The notes under the pieces are model-generated. The model saw only the letters and a list, made by a program, of their open reading frames with translations, was not told the DNA's origin and ran no database searches. From Halobacteriales archaeon (lineage in GTDB: Archaea > Halobacteriota > Halobacteria > Halobacteriales > Haloarculaceae), in assembly GCA_034521675.1 (NCBI GenBank), contig JAXHLZ010000001.1:57629-121628 (forward strand): DNA of 64,000 bases. The letters run 5' to 3'. The stretch's first letter is position 1. Every line of letters begins with the position of its first letter. The position numbers were made by a program, and so were the translations under genes. Below are positions 58,533-64,000 of this stretch, piece by piece.

Positions 58533-61077
58533 CCGCGACTGTAGCTCCGAGAGCAGCTCCAAGGCTTCGAGCGGCGTCGTCTGCGCGAGGTCGACCTCGC
58601 GCAGTCGCGTGGCGATCTCGGCTGAGAGCGCTGTCGTCCCCGGCGATACTGCGCTGGACTCCTGTCCAAGTAGTTCGTGTGCGCGCGAGACGACCGGATT
58701 GGGGACGCCGGCACTGCGCGCCACCTCGATGCCGTACGACCCACTGGCTGCTCCCGACTGCAGCTCGTGCGTGAACGAGACCTCATCCCCGCTGCCGTCG
58801 GCGGCGAAGTAGTAGTTTTTCGCCCGTGGCAGCCGCTCGGCTGTCTCGGTCAGCGCGTGGTGGTGAGTCGCGAACAGCGTCGTCGCACCAACCACGTCGT
58901 GGAGCTGTTCGACTACGGCTTGTGCGAGTGCGAGCCCGTCAGCTGTCGAGGTGCCACGTCCCACCTCGTCAAGCAGAACGAGCGACCTGTCGGTCGCTGC
59001 ATCGAGGATGGTGGCGAGCTCGGTCATCTCCACCATGAATGTGGAGCGACCGCCAGCGATGTCGTCGCTTGCCCCGACTCGTGTGAACAGTCGGTCCACG
59101 ACCGGCAACTGCGCCGACGCGGCAGGCACGAATCCGCCAGCCTGCGCTAGCACGACCGCGAGCGCCACCTGCCGCATGTACGTCGACTTACCGGCCATAT
59201 TCGGTCCGGTGATAACCGCGATATCGCCCCGAGAGAGCGTCGTCGGATTCGGAACGAACGACCGCTGTGTCCGCTCGACGACCGGGTGGCGGCCCGCCTC
59301 GATGTGGATATCGTCGCCGCCCAACTCCGGGCGACAGTAGTCGCGTTCGGCCGCGACGGTCGCCAGCGACTGGAGCGCGTCGAGTGCGGCCAGCGCGTCC
59401 GCCACCGACTGGATGCGCTCGGTCTCGTCTGCGATCGACGCACGCAGCTCCGTGAACAGCTCGTACTCTATGTCGTCGGCGCGCTGTTCGGCGGTGACGA
59501 TCTCGGATTCGCGCTCCTTCAGCTCTGGCGTGACGAACCGCTCGGAGTTCTTCAGCGTCTGGCGGCGCTGGTAGTCGTCGGGGACGGCGTCCAGATTCGG
59601 GTTCGTCACCTCGATGTAGTAGCCGTGGACCTGATTGTAGCCGACCTTCAGCGAGTCGATGCCCGTGCGCTCGCGCTCGTCGGTCTCCAGCGCGTCGATC
59701 CACGCCTTTCCCTCCTGTTCGGTCGTGCGCAGCGAATCGAGATTCGGCGTCGTACCCCTCAGCGATGAGTCCGCCCTCCGTGAGTTCGATTGGCGGTTCG
59801 GCCACCAGCGCCGTGTCGATTTCTCCGCGCACGTCCTCGCAGGGGTCGAGCCGATCGCGCAGCGCTGTGAGCCGGTCGCTCTCGGTATCGGCCAGCGCCT
59901 CGCGAATCGCCGGCACCACGTCGAGCGTCGATTTGAGCGACCGGAGGTCGCGAGCGTTCGCTCGCCCGCGCGAGACACGCGAGACCAGCCGCTCGATGTC
60001 GTACACGTCGCGGAGCTCGGCGTGGAGCTGCTCACGGGTGCGCACGCCGTCGCGCAGTTCGCCGACGGCGTCGTGGCGAGCAGCGATTTCGTCGGTGTCG
60101 AGCAGCGGCCGCCGGAGCCGGTCGGTCAGCTCTCGCGCCCCGAGTGCACTCGCCGTCTCGTCGACGGTGTCGAACAGCGTCGCGTCGGTCTGCCCGCCGA
60201 CCCCGCGGCGCTCGAACAGTTCGAGCGACCGAAGCGCGACTGCATCGAGCAGCAGATGCTCGCGGGGGTCGTATCTGGTCAGCCGATTCAGGTAGTCGAG
60301 CCGGTTGGCCTCGCCGGCGCGGGTGTGTTCGGCGTACGCGAGCAGCGCGCCGCAGGCCCGAATCTCGGCGTCGGTCGCGAGCACCGTGTCGGGATCACCG
60401 AAGTACGACGCCACTCGGTCGCGTGCCGAATCGAGGTCGAAGGCGTCGGGTCGGAACGGCGACACCATCGTCTCTCCGCCAAATGTGTCGGCATCGACGC
60501 CCGGCGCGATAACCGCTTCCTCGGGTGCGAACCGGTCGATTTCGTCGCGAACCGCTCGCTCGTCGCCCCCCGTCGCGTAGAAGTCGCCTGTCGATACGTC
60601 GAGCACGGCCAGTCCACGTTCGTCGGTTTCCTCGCCCGTGTCGTCCGCGAGTCCGGCGACGAACGTGTTCGACTCGTCGAGGAAGGCGTCCTCGGTGAGT
60701 GTGCCGGGCGTGACGATGCGGGTCACGGCTCGATCCACGATTCCCGTCGTCTCTGACGGCTCCTGTACCTGGTCTGCGACCGCCACGCGATAGCCCGCAT
60801 CGAGCAGCGTCTCGATGTAGCTCTCGGCGTTGTCGATGGGGATACCGGCCATCGGATACTGGCCGGTCGAGTCCTCGCGTTTCGTCAGCGTGATTTCGAG
60901 CAGTCGCGCCGTCAGCTCCGCGGCCTCACAGAATGTCTCGTAGAAATCTCCGACCTGAAATAAGACGAGCGAGTCGGGGTACTGCTCGCACAAGTCGAGA
61001 TACTGCGACAGCATCGGCGTCAGCTCCTCGCGCCGGTCGGCCATCTTCGCCGGCGCGCCGAGCGCGTCCGTCTCCAT
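58524..61077 (-). CDS. mutS: DNA mismatch repair protein MutS; frameshift near 59742
   Basis: [43 protein letters not shown]. Confidence 0.95.
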
Positions 61078-61155
61078 ATCCCCGCAAGCGCGTCGGCGGG
61101 CAAATGCCGTTCGGCTCACCCCCGAGCGAGGATACTTGAGTCGTCACAGCCTACG

Positions 61156-61515
61156 ATGAGTATGAACGAGAGTGCAAAACCGGAGCGACTCGCCGACGAG
61201 CAGGCCCTCGACGCCTTCCTCGCTGACCACGACGTCGCGCTCGTCGAGGCGTATACGAAGGGGTGTTCGCTGTGTCAGGCGATGGAGCCGGTGCTCGGCA
61301 ACGTCGCCCGCGCCAGCGATATCGCCGTCGGGATGGTGAATCCCGGCGACGATATCGGGCTCGTGGACCGGTTCGACATCCGGTCGGTGCCGACCCTGCT
61401 GTTGTTCCGCGACGGCGACCTGGTCGCCCGACGTTCCGAGGGGTTTCAGGGAGCCAGCGACGTGCTCGATTTTCTCGCTGAACACACCGAGACCGACATC
61501 GGTGTTGAGGCCTGA
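61156..61515 (+). CDS. Thioredoxin family protein
   Basis: CSLC, SVPTLLLF. Confidence 0.85.
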   Translation: MSMNESAKPERLADEQALDAFLADHDVALVEAYTKGCSLCQAMEPVLGNVARASDIAVGMVNPGDDIGLVDRFDIRSVPTLLLFRDGDLVARRSEGFQGASDVLDFLAEHTETDIGVEA

Positions 61516-61566
61516 ATCGGCTTCCGGCGGCGATGTGGTTTTCAGGCTCGACACCCTCCCTCGGAT

Positions 61567-62202
61567 ATGAGTGATACAGCCGGCCGCGAACAGATCACTG
61601 TCTTCTCCGACTACGTCTGTCCCTTCTGTTATCTGGGTCGCCACTCGCTCGACCAGTATCAGGAGACGCGCGAGGAGCCGCTCGAAATCGACTGGCACCC
61701 GTTCGATCTGCGCTCACAGAAGCGCAACCCCGACGGGAGTATCGACCACTCGGTCGACGATGGGAAAGACGAGGAGTACTTCGAGCAAGCCAAGGAGAAC
61801 GTCCGCCGGCTGCAAGAGGAGTACGACGTGGAGATGGACCTCGAACTGTCACGCGACGTGGACTCGCTGCCCGCACAGATAGCATCCGTCCGCGTCCACG
61901 ACGAGTACGACTACGACACGTGGCTCGCCTTCGACTGGGGCATCTTCGAGGCGCTGTGGACCGAGGGCCGAGACATCGGCGACGCCGACGTGCTCGCCGA
62001 CGTTGCTGAGGAGAGCGGTGTCGACCCCGAGCTCGTGCGGGAAGCCGTTGACGACGAGGATCTCTGCGAGCGTGTGCGCGGTATGTTCGAAGAGGCCCAC
62101 CAGCAGGGCGTGACGGGCGTGCCGACGTTCGCATACGACGGCTACGGCGCACGCGGTGCGGTGCCGCCCGAACAGCTGGAGCGACTCGTCGACGGAACCT
62201 GA
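61567..62202 (+). CDS. DsbA/FrnE family oxidoreductase
   Basis: SDYVCPFCYLG, GVTGVPTF. Confidence 0.92.
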   Translation: MSDTAGREQITVFSDYVCPFCYLGRHSLDQYQETREEPLEIDWHPFDLRSQKRNPDGSIDHSVDDGKDEEYFEQAKENVRRLQEEYDVEMDLELSRDVDSLPAQIASVRVHDEYDYDTWLAFDWGIFEALWTEGRDIGDADVLADVAEESGVDPELVREAVDDEDLCERVRGMFEEAHQQGVTGVPTFAYDGYGARGAVPPEQLERLVDGT

Positions 62203-62309
62203 TACTGCCGAACGTACTTTCGCGAAGATCTGAATCGTCAGTTTCCCTGTCTCGGTGATTCGATGATCTCTCAGTGGAAATGCGATTCAAATCGGTAGGT
62301 CCGGCAGTA
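62203..62309. mobile_element. MITE-like element, family A copy 2
   Basis: TACTGCCGAACGTAC...GGTCCGGCAGTA flanked by TGA/TGA (the left one is the DsbA stop); shares GCGAAGATCTGAATCGTCAGTT with 483-561. Confidence 0.8.
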
Positions 62310-62369
62310 TGACCCGTCGAGAACTAGCAGACGCCAACTGTCTTAGCAGTCGAGCGCCTTCGCTCGTGT

Positions 62370-63089
62370 ATGCGCGAGTTCGAGTTTGTCGTCCACTACG
62401 AGTCGGGATCCGACCTGCTGATGGACGTGTTTCACGACCACCCGGGGCTGACCGCCCGCACCTCCGAGTGCACGACCACGACCGACGCGATGTGGCGGGT
62501 CGACCATCTGCGTGGGCCGGCCGCGGCCATCAGCGCGGCCGAGGAGATCTTTCTCGACCACGACCGGTGTAACGAGTGTCTCGACGACCACGCCTGCGAC
62601 ACCTACCGCGAGTACCACGTCCTGGACCGCGAAGCGACCAGCCTAACCGTCTACACCTACCGGCGCGAGATTCAGGACTGTCACTCCGTCCCGTACATCG
62701 TTACCGACCACGTCGGGGAGGGAGCCATCTTCGAGGCCAGTCGATCCGGCGGTGAGTACCGCTGGAAGGTGCTCTATCCCGAGGACCAGCCCGTCAGCGA
62801 GCTGTACGATGCCATCGAGGCAGAACTTCGTGACGGGCTCTCGCTCGAAGTCTCACACCTGACCGAGGCCGGCCGCTGGGACCCTATGTCACGGGCCGAA
62901 GCTGACCTCTCGCCTGATGCCCGTGGTGTGCTTGAAGCGGCTGCCGACGCCGGCTACTACGAGCGCCCCCGTGAGACGACGGTCGGCGAGCTGAGCGACG
63001 AACTCGGTGTCCCCCGGTCGACGCTCCAGTACCGGCTCCGTAACGCCGAAGATACCGTTCTCTCGCGGTTCGTCGAGGAGAGCCGGTAG
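62370..63089 (+). CDS. Bat/HTH-10 family transcription regulator
   Basis: GYYERPRETTVGELSDELGVPRSTLQYRLRNAE. Confidence 0.88.
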   Translation: MREFEFVVHYESGSDLLMDVFHDHPGLTARTSECTTTTDAMWRVDHLRGPAAAISAAEEIFLDHDRCNECLDDHACDTYREYHVLDREATSLTVYTYRREIQDCHSVPYIVTDHVGEGAIFEASRSGGEYRWKVLYPEDQPVSELYDAIEAELRDGLSLEVSHLTEAGRWDPMSRAEADLSPDARGVLEAAADAGYYERPRETTVGELSDELGVPRSTLQYRLRNAEDTVLSRFVEESR

Positions 63090-63271
63090 TGGCCGAGCCG
63101 GTCCGCGCCCGCGAGCGCATTGCCGATATCCAGACTCGACTCGAAGACGTGGAGACGACTGAAATCACTGCTTCGACACCGCCCGCCGTGCTCGATAGCG
63201 ACGAGATGCTGTTCGTCGATGTGGAGCGTGACGGCTTCGTGGAGGCCATCCGGACCGCTACGGACGCCTGA
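63089..63271 (+). CDS. Small hypothetical protein
   Basis: Acidic 60-aa ORF overlapping the upstream stop (TAGTG). Confidence 0.45.
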   Translation: MAEPVRARERIADIQTRLEDVETTEITASTPPAVLDSDEMLFVDVERDGFVEAIRTATDA

Positions 63272-63320
63272 GACTCACACGACCGAAGGAGTGTTACGGT
63301 CCCGCGCCCTTCATATGGTA

Positions 63321-64000
63321 ATGGGAGTCCACTCCGCGCCACTCGACGTGAGCGCCCGTCGCGAGGAGTTTCCGATTCTGGACCGCGAGTTCGACGGCAC
63401 GCCCCTCGTCTATCTCGACAACGCCGCCACGTCACAGACGCCGAAACGCGTCGTCGAGTCCATCACGGACTACTACTACGAGTACAACGCCAACGTTCAT
63501 CGTGGCATCCACAATCTCAGCCAAGAGGCATCTATCGCCTACGAGGAGGCCCACGACACCGTCGCAGAGTTCATCGGTGCGGCCGGTCGCGAGGAGATAG
63601 TCTTCACCAAGAATACGACGGAGGCGATGAATCTCGTCGCCTACGCGTGGGGACTCAACGAACTCGGTCCCGGCGACGAGGTCGTCCTCACCGAGATGGA
63701 ACACCACGCCTCGCTCGTCACGTGGCAGCAGATCGCCAAGAAGACGGGCGCAACGTGTCGCTACATCCCCATCACCGACGACGGGAAGCTGGATATGGAC
63801 GCCGCACGCGAACTCATCACCGACGACACCAAGATGGTGAGTGTCGTCCACGCCTCCAACACGCTCGGCACCGTCAACCCCGTCTCGACGCTCGCCGACA
63901 TCGCACACGACCACGACTCGTACATCTTCGTCGACGGCGCGCAGTCGGCCCCGCATATGGCCGTGGATATGCAGGAACTCGACTGCGACTTCTTCGCCTT
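63321..64000 (+). CDS. sufS: Cysteine desulfurase SufS, N-terminal part (runs off the window end)
   Basis: Manual translation: REEFPIL...VYLDNAATSQTP...ANVHRG...EHHASLVTW...SNTLG...VDGAQS. Not in the ORF track. Confidence 0.95.
   Translation, partial: MGVHSAPLDVSARREEFPILDREFDGTPLVYLDNAATSQTPKRVVESITDYYYEYNANVHRGIHNLSQEASIAYEEAHDTVAEFIGAAGREEIVFTKNTTEAMNLVAYAWGLNELGPGDEVVLTEMEHHASLVTWQQIAKKTGATCRYIPITDDGKLDMDAARELITDDTKMVSVVHASNTLGTVNPVSTLADIAHDHDSYIFVDGAQSAPHMAVDMQELDCDFFA

Noticed and set aside
1149-60756. Long antisense or alternate-frame ORFs (e.g. 1149..2462, 2119..3843, 16649..17812, 22153..23901, 54028..55374, 59659..60756)
   Set aside because: They are shadows of real genes in GC-rich DNA and carry no recognisable motifs.
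50374-61077. Co-occurrence of NucS and MutS as a novelty
   Set aside because: Both are commonly present in Halobacteria, and they are not linked here.

Overview
GC-rich chromosomal segment of a haloarchaeon (class Halobacteria: acidic proteins, TBP, PCNA, PolD DP1, Hjc, SAMP2, eL15). It is mostly core genome. Replication and repair genes: rfcS (partial), hjc, pcn, a second RFC small subunit, DP1, priL, a Ski2-like helicase, nucS, mutS. Also present: a 2-oxoacid dehydrogenase operon with lipA, two tatC genes, a thiamine ABC transporter, ahcY/mtaD/hisG, leuS, RNA-modification enzymes, redox proteins and a partial sufS. I saw no rRNA, tRNA, transposase, integrase or true CRISPR array. Six conserved genes are broken by 1-2 nt frameshifts, most likely sequencing or assembly errors. 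The most interesting signals are non-coding or hidden in coding DNA. (1) Four ~80-107 bp MITE-like palindromic elements in two families, with (T/C)AC...GTA ends, each sit on and apparently duplicate a TGA stop codon. (2) Three ORB-like (Orc1/Cdc6 box) sequences occur with no orc1 gene nearby: an inverted pair inside the DP1 coding linker and one upstream of the rfcS region. (3) A two-hairpin element is inserted in-frame in the E2 gene, with a relative at the 3' end of tssA. (4) A ~750 bp composite of repeats and hairpins, including a hierarchical 66/132-bp array, lies between lipA and tatC. Protein-level oddities: a SAMP2 with a masked di-Gly, a HicB-like/RelE hybrid TA pair, a PriCT/PriX-like protein beside PCNA and a degenerate solo Cas4. 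All calls were made by eye; no database searches were run.
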